A DNA stretch of 64,000 nucleotides, from assembly GCF_006345805.1 (NCBI RefSeq), contig NC_042999.1, positions 65,162,001 to 65,226,000 of the forward strand. Reading direction: 5' to 3'. Shown one piece after another: positions 52,195-64,000 of this stretch; positions within the stretch are counted from its first letter, which is position 1, and each line of letters starts with the position of its first letter. The notes beneath the pieces were generated by a model. It saw nothing but the letters and a program-made list of their open reading frames with translations. It was not told where the DNA came from and did not search any database. The stretch is from Octopus sinensis (lineage: Eukaryota). Both the position numbers and the translations under genes were made by a program.

Positions 52195-52530
52195 GATGCC
52201 TCGGTGGTTAGAGCGTCGGGTTCACAACCATGAAGTTGTGAGTTCGATTCCAAGACCGCACTGTGTGTTGTGTTCTTGAGCAAGACACATTATTTCACGT
52301 TGCTTCAGTTCACTCAGCTGTAGAAATGAGTTGCAACATCACTGGTACCAAGCTGTACCAGCCTTTGCCTTTCCCATTGATAACATCAATGATGTGGAAA
52401 GGAGAGGCTGGTTTGCATGGGTGACTGCTGGTCTTCTATAAACAACCTTGCCCAGTGTTATGCCTCGGAGAAGAACATTCTAGTTTCAATCCCATGGTCA
52501 TTCATGACCGAAGGGGGTCTTTACTCTTTA
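52195..52530 (+). mobile_element. SINE family D-like (tRNA head, CORE-like body)
   Basis: GGTGGTTAGAGCG...GAGTTCGATTCC head; CTTGAGCAAGACAC...TTCACGTTGCTTCAGTTCACTCAGCTG shared with 21128-21358. Confidence 0.7.
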
Positions 52531-52934
52531 CCGGTTGAAAGCTAAGAGTAAGAAGAGGTAATATGACCAGGCAGTGACTTTTGAAATTTCCAGTTTTTTG
52601 GATTTATTTTAGTTTTTGTTGTACAAATTATATATTTCTCAAAGCGTAAATTGTTATTGTGGGTTATACATACATTCCTAATCACCTTTTTCTACTCCAA
52701 GGTATTCTCAATTTCAATTTCAATATTTAGAAAAAGAAAAAAAGAGGGTAAATTTTAAGTTGTTTGAGTACATAAGATATTTAAATTTCCAATAAACCTG
52801 ATGATTGAGCAACTCTCCTTGCAGAGATCTAAACGGATAGAACATTAAAATTGCTGTAGCTTAGGAAACACAACGGTCAGAGGGAGCTGAGCTAATTTAT
52901 ATTTTGCAGGCTGGTTATAGGGCAAGAGAAAGAG

Positions 52935-53241
52935 AGGAGTTAAGCTGGAAGCTGGAAGATTATGCTGAGCAGTGATTTAGACATTGCTGCTGTTGCTGTT
53001 GCTGTTGAGCGAACGGTCTTCTTCCCAGAGCTCGCATGATGGGAGACGTCCGAAACGTGGTCCTTTGCTATTCGTAAGTCCCGCAGAAGAGAAAGCAGGT
53101 CAAACACCGACACCGAGAGCATCAACGGATGGATGAATGCTCATCCAGGCTCAGCGGTTGCGTAGGAAGTCGGGGACAAGAAACAGGAAGAAAGAGCGAG
53201 AGAAAGTTGCAGCGAAAGGGTACAACAGGGGTCGCCACCAC
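52935..53241 (-). mobile_element. SINE family C long-tail variant lacking its head
   Basis: Reverse complement of about 27945-28200. Confidence 0.8.
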
Positions 53242-53242
53242 A

Positions 53243-53738
53243 TTACTCTTTTTACTCTTTTTTTTATTTGTTTCAGTCATTTGACTGCGGGCATGCTGGA
53301 GCATCTCTCGCTCTTTCTTCCTGTTTCTTGTCCCCAACTTCCTACGCAACCGCTGAGCCTGTGTGCGCATTCATCCATCCGTCGATGCTCTCGGTGTCGG
53401 GGATTGACCTGCTTTCTCTTCTGCGGGTTTTACTAAAGGCGGTACTCCAGCAAATCGACCCCAGGACTTATTCTTTGTATGTCTAGTACTTATTCTACCA
53501 GTGTCTCTTGCCGAACAGCTAAGTTTCGGGGACGTTGAAACACCAGCATCGGTTGTCAAGCGATGTTGGGGGGACAAACATATATATACGACGGACTTCT
53601 TTCAGTTTTCGTCTACAAAATCCAGGCTTGGTCGGCCCTAAGCCATAGTAGAAGACACTTGCCGAAGATGCCACGCAGTGGGACTGAACCCGGAGCCATA
53701 TGGTTGGTAAGCAAGCTACTTACCACACAGCCACTCCT
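53243..53738 (-). mobile_element. SINE family A carrying an internal inverted insertion
   Basis: Family A sequence is interrupted at about 53306-53450 by inverted copies of neighbouring DNA. Confidence 0.85.
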
Positions 53739-54034
53739 ACATTGTTAAAATTTATGATACAAAAAAACAACAACAAAAAACAAATTAACCGCAGGTCGCT
53801 GCTCGTAAACCCGATATATATCTTATGACTGATGCTGCACTAGACGCCTAATATACAATATAAGATATAAATGTTTCCGTCATAAAGCTTAACATTACAT
53901 AGAAGTTATTCCGGCGTTCAAAATATTTTGTGGATGTTGTCAAACTTATGACCGCTTCTTAAACAATGATATTTATTCAACGAGAATATTCTTGTATGTC
54001 ATCTTTAGATACAAGTTACGTATACGTGCGTATA

Positions 54035-54252
54035 GGAGGGAGAGCTGAAAAGTTCCTGGCTTTGGGTAAAAGAAAATACAGGAGGATCGGTTAATTATGA
54101 TTGTATTCAGCATATTCCCCTCTCAAATTCACACATTTGTTGCAGCGTCCTTCACTTTTTCGAAACTCTGTAAAGGAATTCGGAATGTTGGGTCCTCCAG
54201 CCAGGGCTTTCGTGATACCCTTAAAATCATAAAGTTTCAGCACCCTATCTTG
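54035..54252. mobile_element. Mariner-type MITE, second copy
   Basis: Collinear with 30724-30925 (AAAAGTTCCTGGCTTTGGGTAAAAGAAAATACAGGAGGATC). Confidence 0.75.
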
Positions 54253-54462
54253 TATGTATGTATATATGCATGTATGTATCTGTGTGCGTGTGTATGTATA
54301 TATGTATGTATTTATGTATGTAAGTATGTATGCATGTATGTATGAATGCATGTATGTATGAGTGCATGTATGTATCTGTGTGCGTGTGTATGTATATATA
54401 TGTTTGTATGTATGTATGTATGTATGTATGTATGTATGTATATATGTATGTATGTATGTATG

Positions 54463-54523
<61 letters not shown>

Positions 54524-54993
54524 CTCTGTCTGTCTTAGCGAAATTTCAGGACAGACACAACACATACACACACGCACACGCATACATGTGTATGTGGGTT
54601 TATATATGTGTGTAGTGGGAACGTGTATTTGGATTCATGAGCATGTGTATTTGTCTGTGTCTGTGTATGAATGCCTTTGTGTGCATGTGTCTACAGATGT
54701 ATGCCGTTATCACACATCTTAAAAAATGCTAATGACCTTTCCCTATTACCATATTCGTTCCCACTCCCTAAATTCCCCCACTTCTGCATCGACTATCCCT
54801 TCATCAACACCGGTTTATACATCCTAGAGCAACCGTTGGCATTTCTTTTCTCACTGCCAAATAGATCTTAATGAAAGTGCACATTTCACATCTCTCTCAC
54901 TGCATAAATTTCTTGTAATGATTAATGTTCCGCTTTTGTATTTCCTATGCTAAGGCTTCCATATATTTTACTAACTGTCTGTAAGCGTGCTAT

Positions 54994-54994
<1 letters not shown>

Positions 54995-55060
<66 letters not shown>

Positions 55061-55147
55061 GACTGTCTGTCTGTCTGCCTGTCTGTCTGTCTGCCTGTCT
55101 GTATGTCTGTCTGTCTGCCTGTCTGTCTGTTTGTTTGTCTGTCTGTC

Positions 55148-55185
<38 letters not shown>

Positions 55186-55198
55186 TTATTTATCTATG

Positions 55199-55284
<86 letters not shown>

Positions 55285-55347
55285 GCAATCTATGAACATA
55301 CCTACCTACATATCTATCTGTTTATCCATCAAAATTTCCACCCGTCC

Positions 55348-55430
<83 letters not shown>

Positions 55431-55450
55431 CATCTATCTATCTATCTATC
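54995..55450. repeat. (TCTA)n/(TCTG)n array
   Basis: Direct inspection. Confidence 0.95.
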
Positions 55451-55830
55451 TAGAGACAAACACTTTCCACTCTGGTCAATCTCTCATCAACATCAAGTAT
55501 CACTTGAAGAGGAAAGTGAGAGTAGAGAGGCAAGTTTTGTCTACTGAATGTTTTAAAAAAAGATGGGTGAATGTAGCAAGGATAGCACGTATGAATGACG
55601 AAGCCACCTTGACTATGATCCTATGAACCGTAAAAATTAATACAGAAAGTTGCTTATTTGTAAAAAAATTATAACATATGGCTTCATTGACCGAGGTTAC
55701 CGTGGTCTTTTTCGTAGGCTTTTCTTTCCACGAGTAAACCTCACCTGTCCTCCCCTTTACACTTTATATTGACATTTCTGTGATAACGATCCCTATTGAT
55801 CGATTTTTTTTCTTTTTCCTTTTATTTTAA
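55451..55830 (+). mobile_element. Short L1/Tx1-like 3' fragment
   Basis: Matches about 9825-10200 (LETNTF..GQSLIN..KYHLKRKVRVERQ). Confidence 0.88.
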
Positions 55831-55842
55831 CCCCCCCCCATT

Positions 55843-57274
55843 TGCTGCCAACACCCATTAAAAGGAGGGCTGGGCATGCCATGATTGATGATGCGCATAC
55901 ACGCGCTGAAACTGCGACATCTCCGGCTCTATGTAGACGACGGTGAACAGGTGTGGTCGCCATATGTGAGAAACGCTTTCCGCAGCTCGTCTCCATGACA
56001 GAACTGCAGTCGTGGATCAAAAAGAGGCCCTGAAAGGGGGAATGGCACCGCGAGTGTCGCGTTGCTCTCAAGCAACTATGCCGTCCCGGGTCGACCTTGA
56101 GTGACTTCAACAGAACCCATGCATTCTATAGGGGATTAGTGGAGGGGAGGTACAATGACGATCTTGTGGCGAACCTGGGCGTCGACGAGGAATACCTGAA
56201 CCACCTCTTTGAGACGACTTTCGGGCCGGGACCTATGGACAACTTCTAGAGATCCCTGGCCTGGCAGTGCTACCGAGAATAGCTATCCGTTCGGGATAAA
56301 CTCTATAGGCATGGCTCGAGAAACACGGGGCCGACCTGCTCGAGATGCGGGCAGAACGACGAAACCGTTCTGAACGCAATCGTGCAGTGTCCAACAAATG
56401 TGGGCTTATGTCGAACGGCTGCTGTCACGTGTGGGACGTGTCGGTTTATCAGCCGAGTCTATCGTTAATATCGTCACGCCTCCTTCCTTCAAACGGGAAG
56501 GAAGAGTTATTTTTATCATACTTGAGGCTATGGCGAAAGAATGTATCTGGTGGACGCGCCTGAAAGGATTAGAGACAAACACTTTCCTCTCTGGTCAATC
56601 TCTCATAACTTCTTCAAGTATCACTTGAAAAGGAAAGTGAGAGTAGAGAGGCAAGTTTTGTCTAGTAATGTTTTTAAAAAAAGATGGGTGAATGTAGCAA
56701 GGATGGCACGTATGAATGACGAAGCCACCTTGATATGATCCTATGAACGGTAAAAATTTAATACAGTGTACTTATTTTAAAAAAGAAATGTAACATGTGA
56801 CTTCATCGACCGAGGTTACCGTGGTCTTTTCCGTAGGCTTTTCTTTCCACGGGTAACCTCACTTCTCTTCCCCTTTACACTTTATAATGGACATTCTGTG
56901 ATAACGATCCCTATTGATCGATTTTTTCTTTTTCCTTTATTTTTATCCCCACCCCACCTTTTCATTGCTTTTGCTTTCCTCTTTCTTTCTTTTACGATCC
57001 CTTTTGATCGAAACCAACCCCTCCTTTTTATCCCCAAAAGAAAGCGCTACCTTATAATTTGTCCCGTCTGTGTGAGCCCTGTGTGGCTAATAAGACATAT
57101 CTATCTATCTATCTATCTTTTTTTTTTAACCCCCCCTTTTGTCCTTTTCTTTCCTTTTAACGATCCCTTTTGATCGAAAACCACCACTCTCTTTTTTTTT
57201 TACTCCCAAAAGAAAAGCTCTACCTTGTAATTTGTTCTATCTGTGTGCAGCCCTGTGTGGCTAATAAAGAAACA

Positions 57275-57276
<2 letters not shown>
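55843..57276 (+). mobile_element. 5'-truncated L1/Tx1-like LINE with a duplicated 3' tail
   Basis: CCQHPLKGGLGMP*L..ALKLRHL...W...; CCHC finger; 3' end at about 57098, then a second 3' UTR end at 57121-57276. Confidence 0.9.
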
Positions 57277-57351
<75 letters not shown>

Positions 57352-57352
57352 G

Positions 57353-57404
<52 letters not shown>

Positions 57405-57539
57405 CCAATCTATCTATCTATCTGTTTATCTATCTATCATCTCTCAACTATCTATCTATCAACTATCTATCTATCATCTATCTATCATCTATCTATCTAT
57501 CTATCTATCATCTATCTATCTATCTATCTATCTATCTAA

Positions 57540-57589
<50 letters not shown>

Positions 57590-57612
57590 GTCTATTATCT
57601 ATCTATCCATCT
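57277..57612. repeat. (TCTA)n array
   Basis: Direct inspection. Confidence 0.95.
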
Positions 57613-58103
57613 ATCAATGCACCCAGCATCCATCCATCTCTCTCAAGAAATTAGAGCATGAATATTTATCACTTTCCATATCGCTTACACTCTGCCTATT
57701 CCCATTTCCTTCTGCGTTGTTCACCTCCATTGTTTCAATGCCGCCATCTTTCATTTCTCACCTAATATATATTTCATGGCGTTTCTTACAATTGTTCGCT
57801 GAACAAACATGAATGTTTGTTCCATTTTTCAAACAATCTATTTCCTGATCCACTACATAAAAACGCATAGCTTTACCTATATAATATATCTCCTTCTTAT
57901 CTTTTCTCTCCTTTATTCCAGTTACTTATTTCCGTTAATTTTCCTTTAATTTCTTGAACGCTACTATTCATCTGCTCATTCCCAGTTTTACACTCAATCA
58001 CGATTTTATTCACACAGTATGCCTCTCTCTCCCTTTCTGTGTCACATTATTCTCTTTATTTCCATTTGCTAGGTTTATATTATTTTTGTTTTACTAATTT
58101 TTC

Positions 58104-58300
58104 TACTTGTTTCAGTCATTTCACTGCGACCATGCTGGAGACTGCCTTAAAGAGTTTTAGTCGAAGAAAACAACCTCCAGCACTTTTGTAAATCTAGTAC
58201 TCATTCTATCGGGCTCTTTTGCCGAACCTCTTGATAACATGGACGTAACACACACCAATATCAGTTGCGAAGTGATGATGGTGGCCATGGGGAAGAAACA
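58104..58300 (-). mobile_element. SINE family A 3' half, diverged
   Basis: TACTTGTTTCAGTCATTTCACTGCGACCATGCTGGAG... Confidence 0.75.
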
Positions 58301-58447
58301 CAGAAACAAACATACATGCACATAAATATATACATACATATATACATATATTTATATCCATTTATGCACACACACAAACACACACACACAAATATACAAA
58401 CACGCAAGCACCACCACCCATATATATATATATATATATATACATTC

Positions 58448-58785
58448 AACAATATAAGGAATGGCTTGACAGGCCATTCGACCCGACTAGAAAGAGCAGC
58501 TAAACTCAAACCGCTAAATATGTAATTCAGAAACCAAAGGAAAAAAAAAAAATTACCCTTATCATCTTTGGACTATGCATAGTTTCGACATACATATTGG
58601 CAACCGATTAAATTAAATTAAATTAAATCTATTTGCCATTGGCCTGTCTCGTCAGCAAAGAAGCCAGGGAAATATATATCCACGAGGCGACAGCATCGAC
58701 GCCTCGAGAATATATATTCTAAATTTTCAAAATCTACCGTCACCGCGCCCCAACTTCTCAGCAGCAAATATAAACTGCCGATTTC
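58448..58785 (-). mobile_element. Diverged single copy of the hammerhead-bearing non-coding unit
   Basis: Collinear with 6741-7085 (GGAATGGC..ACAGGCCATTCG, AGAAAGAGCAGC, CACGAGGCGAC, GCAGCAAATATAAACTGCCGATT); flanked by (TA)n. Confidence 0.8.
58565..58661 (-). ncRNA. Type I hammerhead ribozyme
   Basis: Minus strand reads TCTTTG-CTGACGA-GACA-[insert with TGGCAA/TTGCCA stem]-TGTC-GAA-ACTATGCATAGT-C-CAAAGA; GUC triplet, cut between 58571 and 58570. Confidence 0.87.
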
Positions 58786-58822
58786 ATTTATATATATATA
58801 TAATATATAATATATATATATA

Positions 58823-60034
58823 CATGGGGTTGGACAAAATAATGGAAACAACTTAACATTTCAAACACATTTATTTTAATATGGGGTAGGACCGCCTTTG
58901 GCTGTAATTAGAGCTTGAATTCAAACTCGTACAAAGTTTGAATTGTTTCCAAAGGAATCTTAATCCATTCTTCATGTACAACAGTCTCCAGCTCTTGTAG
59001 TGATGATGGTGGAGGATATCAACTCCTTATTTGCTTTTCTAAAATGCACCATAAATTTTCAATAAAACTGAGATCCTGGGACTGTCGTAATCAGATAAGA
59101 TTTTCAACTTCACTAGAATGTTTCTCGCGCGATACAGTAAACAAATTTAGCTGTGTGAATTGATGCATTATCATCCTGAAAGATTGCGTTTCCCACCGGA
59201 AACAGTTCTCCAATCATAGGATGAATTTGATCAGATAAAATGCTTAAACAGTCTTGACTATAAATTTTGCCACGAAGGGAAAACATTTGGCCGGCTGATT
59301 TCCAAGATATAGCTCCCCCAACAGATCATCACAAATCCTCCTCCATGTTTAACAGTTCGATTTTTTTTGGTAAAGAATGACTCGTACCGAGAAAATAACA
59401 TTCTGCCATTGCCCCAAGAACCAATTCTGTAGGTTTTTACTCCATTCAAAACATTTTACAACGTTTGATTTTGAAAGCAGTGGTTTTCTGATTGCAAATT
59501 TCCAGTGAAATCCGGCTTAGTGCAGCTCCCGACGAACAACTTTTGTGGAAGCTGGGTCCTCGAGATACTCATTAACATATGCAGTAATTTTGAGAGCTGT
59601 ACGCTTGTGACACTTTCTAATAATTCGCGTCAGAGTCCGAGGGTCCCTATCTAAAAGTTTGGGATTTCTTTCGGAGTTGTGTTTCCACGAGGAGGTTTTT
59701 CCCACTTACTCAAAGGATGACATTACTTACAAGACAGAACTTCTTGATACGCCAAACATTTTGACTGTTTTCGTTGCGCTAGCGCCTGCCATGCGAGCGC
59801 CTGCCATGCGAGCTCTTTGAAATTCCGATAGATCTGTCGTTTTAATGAATCTTAATTAGATTTTTCCTGATGATATCTGAAAAGAAACATCAATTTTAGC
59901 AAAACATATTCAGCAACGCTAATAATCAATTAAAAAAACAAACAAAAATAAACAATCTTTTGACGGTTTTATAGATATTTCAAAAGTATGATGCTATTAT
60001 ACTAGGTGTTTCCATTGCTTTATCCAGCATCTAC
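58823..60034 (-). mobile_element. Tc1-family DNA transposon, decayed second copy
   Basis: AIFQDDNASIH and QSQDLSFIENLW; degenerate TIRs (GGACAAAATAATGGAAACA / TGTTTCCATTGCTTTATCC); homologous to 11314-12518. Confidence 0.88.
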
Positions 60035-60040
60035 CTATCT

Positions 60041-60103
<63 letters not shown>

Positions 60104-60229
60104 TTCAAATTAAATATACGGGTGAAAAAATTGAATATTAATTAGATTAATATCAATTTAAAAGCCGTATCTACATAGTAAAATCTGCAGATTCAAAAAA
60201 TTATATTAACATACATATATACTTATATG

Positions 60230-60234
60230 TATGT

Positions 60235-60266
<32 letters not shown>

Positions 60267-60296
60267 CTATATATATGTATGTATATATATTATTCT

Positions 60297-60328
<32 letters not shown>

Positions 60329-60910
60329 ATATATATACATATGTATATCTATATATATATGTATAATATATATATATATAGTATATATATGTATATATAT
60401 ACATGTATATATAATATGTATATATAATATGTATATACATATATATGTATATATGAATATTTATATATATACATATATATAGATATGGTGTGTGTTGTGG
60501 TATACATATATACTTATATGTATACATATATACTTATATGTATGTATATATATAATATATATATATTATGTATATATATATTATATATATATATATATAC
60601 CTGTATATATATATACATATGTATATATATATATATGTATACATATATATATATATATGTATATATGAATATGTATATATATACTGTATATATCTATATG
60701 TATATATAAATATTATATATACATATATATATATAATGAATATGTATATATATACATATATATATATGTGTGTGTGTGTGTGTGTATGTGTGTGTGTACA
60801 CATATACATGCATATGTATATACATATATATATGCAAACACACACACAACACACATATATATATATATGTATACATATGTATACATATATATATACATAT
60901 ATTTAGTATA
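60230..60910. repeat. (TA)n/(TATG)n/(TG)n compound microsatellite
   Basis: Direct inspection. Confidence 0.95.
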
Positions 60911-61574
60911 TATGGTGCCAGGAAGTGGGACTGAACCCAAACCCATGTGGATGGGATGCATGTTTCTTAACACAGCCACGATTTTATACACACAATATAT
61001 AACTGTCCATTTCTACGTCACATTTTTCTGTATTTCTGTTTACTAGGTTTATATATTCATTTTTTATGTTATTGTCTTATGCAACATATAACAATTTTAT
61101 AAATAATCACCACATATATAAATTATTTTCATTTATGCAAACACGTGCTTGTGTGTGTATATATATATTGCATATGCACACATATAATTATATTCATACA
61201 TAAAGATACACACACGCACACATATATACATATATATATGTATATATATATATACAGAAAAGGGATGAAAAGTGAGGTGGGAGCGTAGAAGTTTATTCCA
61301 TTCGTTTACAGCTGTTTCATAATCTTATTAATTCTTATTAGTTACATAATAAATATTACATCAACTTCCAGAGATATGAAAATACACATTTGAATATGTA
61401 TGCATGTGTATACCAATATATATGTGTGCTGAGAAGTAGATCAAACAGACTAAACGTCGCAACAATTATGCTTATATATATGTATGTATGTGTGTATTAA
61501 TCTATCTATATTTGTACGTTCGTACGTATTTGTATGTACGATCTTGGATGTTTTATATGTATATTTATATATGC

Positions 61575-61585
61575 ACATATGTATA

Positions 61586-61629
<44 letters not shown>

Positions 61630-61652
61630 ATATATATATGCACATATGTATA

Positions 61653-61691
<39 letters not shown>

Positions 61692-61997
61692 TATGCGCAT
61701 ATGTATATACTATATATATGTAATATTTAAATATATATATATACATAACTCTACACGTATTTACATGTATATAAATTATATATATAGATCCGGAGAGAGA
61801 GAGAGAGCATTTGCATATGTAGATATACATAAATACATACAGAACACACGTGATACACATGTATTAAATACATGTCTATATAGACAAATACACAAACACA
61901 CACACATAAAATCTACGCAGACGAACACACACATACATGAATATATATTATTATATGTGTATGCATGTATATATATACAATATATATATATATATAT

Positions 61998-62052
<55 letters not shown>
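61575..62052. repeat. (TA)n-rich low-complexity block
   Basis: Direct inspection. Confidence 0.9.
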
Positions 62053-62056
<4 letters not shown>

Positions 62057-62155
62057 CTTTGACCTCTGGCCGAAATCAGATCGCCATGTTGATTCGTTAG
62101 CTACTGCACGCATTTTTTTTCTCTCCTTCTTTCTGTGTTTTTCTCTCTCTGTGTA

Positions 62156-62193
62156 TCTTTCTGTTGAAGAGCGTAGGCTCGAAACGTTAAAGA
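62156..62193 (+). ncRNA. Minimal type I hammerhead-like motif with variant core (Penelope pLTR type)
   Basis: TCTTT-CTGTTGA-A-GAGC(GTAG)GCTC-GAA-ACGT-T-AAAGA: stem I TCTTT/AAAGA, stem II tetraloop hairpin, loopless ACGT palindromic stem III. The core has A6 changed to U. Confidence 0.55.
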
Positions 62194-62289
62194 CTTGTTT
62201 TATTTATATTTCCTGAGCGCCATACTAATACAATTGTTCGTTTGTTTTCCACCTGCCTTCGTCTTTTGTTTATTTTCATAAAGCTTCCC

Positions 62290-62299
62290 ATATATATAA

Positions 62300-62369
<70 letters not shown>

Positions 62370-62374
62370 CATAC

Positions 62375-62432
<58 letters not shown>

Positions 62433-62484
62433 CATATATATATATGTATTTATATGTATATATATTATATATATATTTATAATA

Positions 62485-62541
<57 letters not shown>

Positions 62542-62856
62542 ATATATAATATATATGTATATGTATGTTATGAATAGCTGGGCGGTATATGGACGGAACA
62601 TAAGTCTGTTCACATACAAATAATTTGCTCAATTAGCTTAGGTTCTGTAATATAGAATAAAGTAATTGCCTGTAATCACAACGAAATAATTGAATCACAT
62701 TCGCACATGGAATATTACGTAAGGAAATTCAATAACTTATCCAGTCAGGAATCTAGCCGCAACAATTTCCAACTACAACTGCACTCACGCTACATCACTC
62801 CACCATTTCCTTAAAGCCGCGAAACAATATATATATATATATTATATATATATATC

Positions 62857-62932
<76 letters not shown>

Positions 62933-62986
62933 CATATATACATATTATATGTATATTATATATATATATATATGTATATATATAGA

Positions 62987-63027
<41 letters not shown>

Positions 63028-63175
63028 TTGTATAATACACACTGTGTGTTTACGCACCCATCTTTGTCTTTTGTATTGTTTGTAAATTTTCACTATATAT
63101 GTATATATATATATATAATTTATATATATATATACATATATGTGTATATATTATATATATATACATATGTATATA
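62290..63175. repeat. (TA)n-rich arrays, interrupted at about 62575-62830
   Basis: Direct inspection. Confidence 0.9.
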
Positions 63176-63177
63176 TG

Positions 63178-64000
63178 TAGTTGAAGGGGTAAAATCAAGC
63201 CCAGCCAAAGTCAGTAGTGGCGTTCCGCAAGGCACTGTGTTGGGCCCACTTCTTTTCATCATTTACATTAATGACATTAATGACATCATCAAGCACAGCA
63301 ACATAAAAATCTTTGCAGATGACTCCAAGCTACAGAAGGTCATAAATGAGGCGAGTGACCGGACATGCCTTCAGTCAGATCTACTGGCTGTTATCCAATG
63401 GGCAGAAAAAAACATATGCTGCTGAACGAGGATAAATTTGAGCTAATCCACTTTGGAAAAGAGGATGCCCTGAAACTCCCACACTCCCTTCCTTCAGGTG
63501 AAACTCTCGCGGCGTCCAACAACATCAGAGACTTGGGAGTAATTGTGACAAACAACGTAAGCTGGGCCACTCATATAAACACCAAAGTTGACATGGCCCG
63601 CAGAATGTGTTCCTGGATTCTCAGAACTTTCCAGTCGAGAGATATCCACACCATTATCCTTCTCTTCTCCACTTTTGCCCGACCCCACCTTGAATACTGT
63701 TGTCCACTGAGGTCTCCCCACACAATACAAGGTATCATAAAAGTTGAAGCACCTCAAAGGGCAATCACAAAAAAGATAGATAGCATGACAGGCCTCGACT
63801 ATTGGGGTCGGCTAGAAAACCTAAAACTCTATTCTCTCCAACGTCGTCGTGAGCGCTACATCATCTGCATGATGTGGAAAATATTCCATCAGCATTGCCC
63901 AAATGATGTTGGCATCACCTTTAAGGTACATCCAAGGCTTGGGCCCCGTGCCATCCGCCCAAAACACAAAATCGCACTCTCATCTCATAACAACAATACG
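63178..64000 (+). mobile_element. CR1-like LINE RT fragment running off the window end
   Basis: VSSGVPQGTVLGPLLFIIYIND...KIFADDSKL...LQSDL..W; frameshift near 63415; then RDLGVIV..., RPHLEYCCPL*SP and DYWGRLENLKLYSLQRRRERY. Confidence 0.93.

Noticed and set aside
53030-53065. GATG-GGA(GACG)TCC-GAAACGTG (also inverted at about 28125-28155) as a hammerhead
   Set aside because: Stem II and GAAACGT are present, but the core reads CATGATG/CAAGATG, position 17 is G and there is no stem I.

Overview
This is an AT-rich, microsatellite-dense eukaryotic window. I found no host protein-coding exon, rRNA, genuine tRNA or CRISPR array; nearly all listed ORFs are microsatellite artefacts or transposon debris. 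The repeat content looks like a coleoid cephalopod (octopus) intergenic or intronic region; this is recalled from the SINE sequences and not verified. Decayed mobile elements present: several tRNA-headed SINE families (called A-D here), RLE-type (R4/Dong-like) LINEs, L1/Tx1-like, RTE and CR1-like LINE fragments, a Penelope GIY-YIG fragment, two Tc1 copies, an IS630/Tc1-like transposase, mariner-type MITEs and a Helitron/Helentron remnant. The main unexpected signal is a set of hammerhead ribozyme motifs. Two diverged minus-strand type I hammerheads (6861-6961 and 58565-58661) have intact catalytic cores, fully compensated stems I and II, a long hairpin inserted in stem II and a 12-nt palindromic stem III. 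The first lies in a non-coding 475-bp unit with a partial tandem copy, resembling a Penelope pLTR or a retrozyme. Two further minimal hammerhead-like motifs lie at 297-341 and 62156-62193. All were identified by eye; repeat boundaries are approximate unless stated otherwise.
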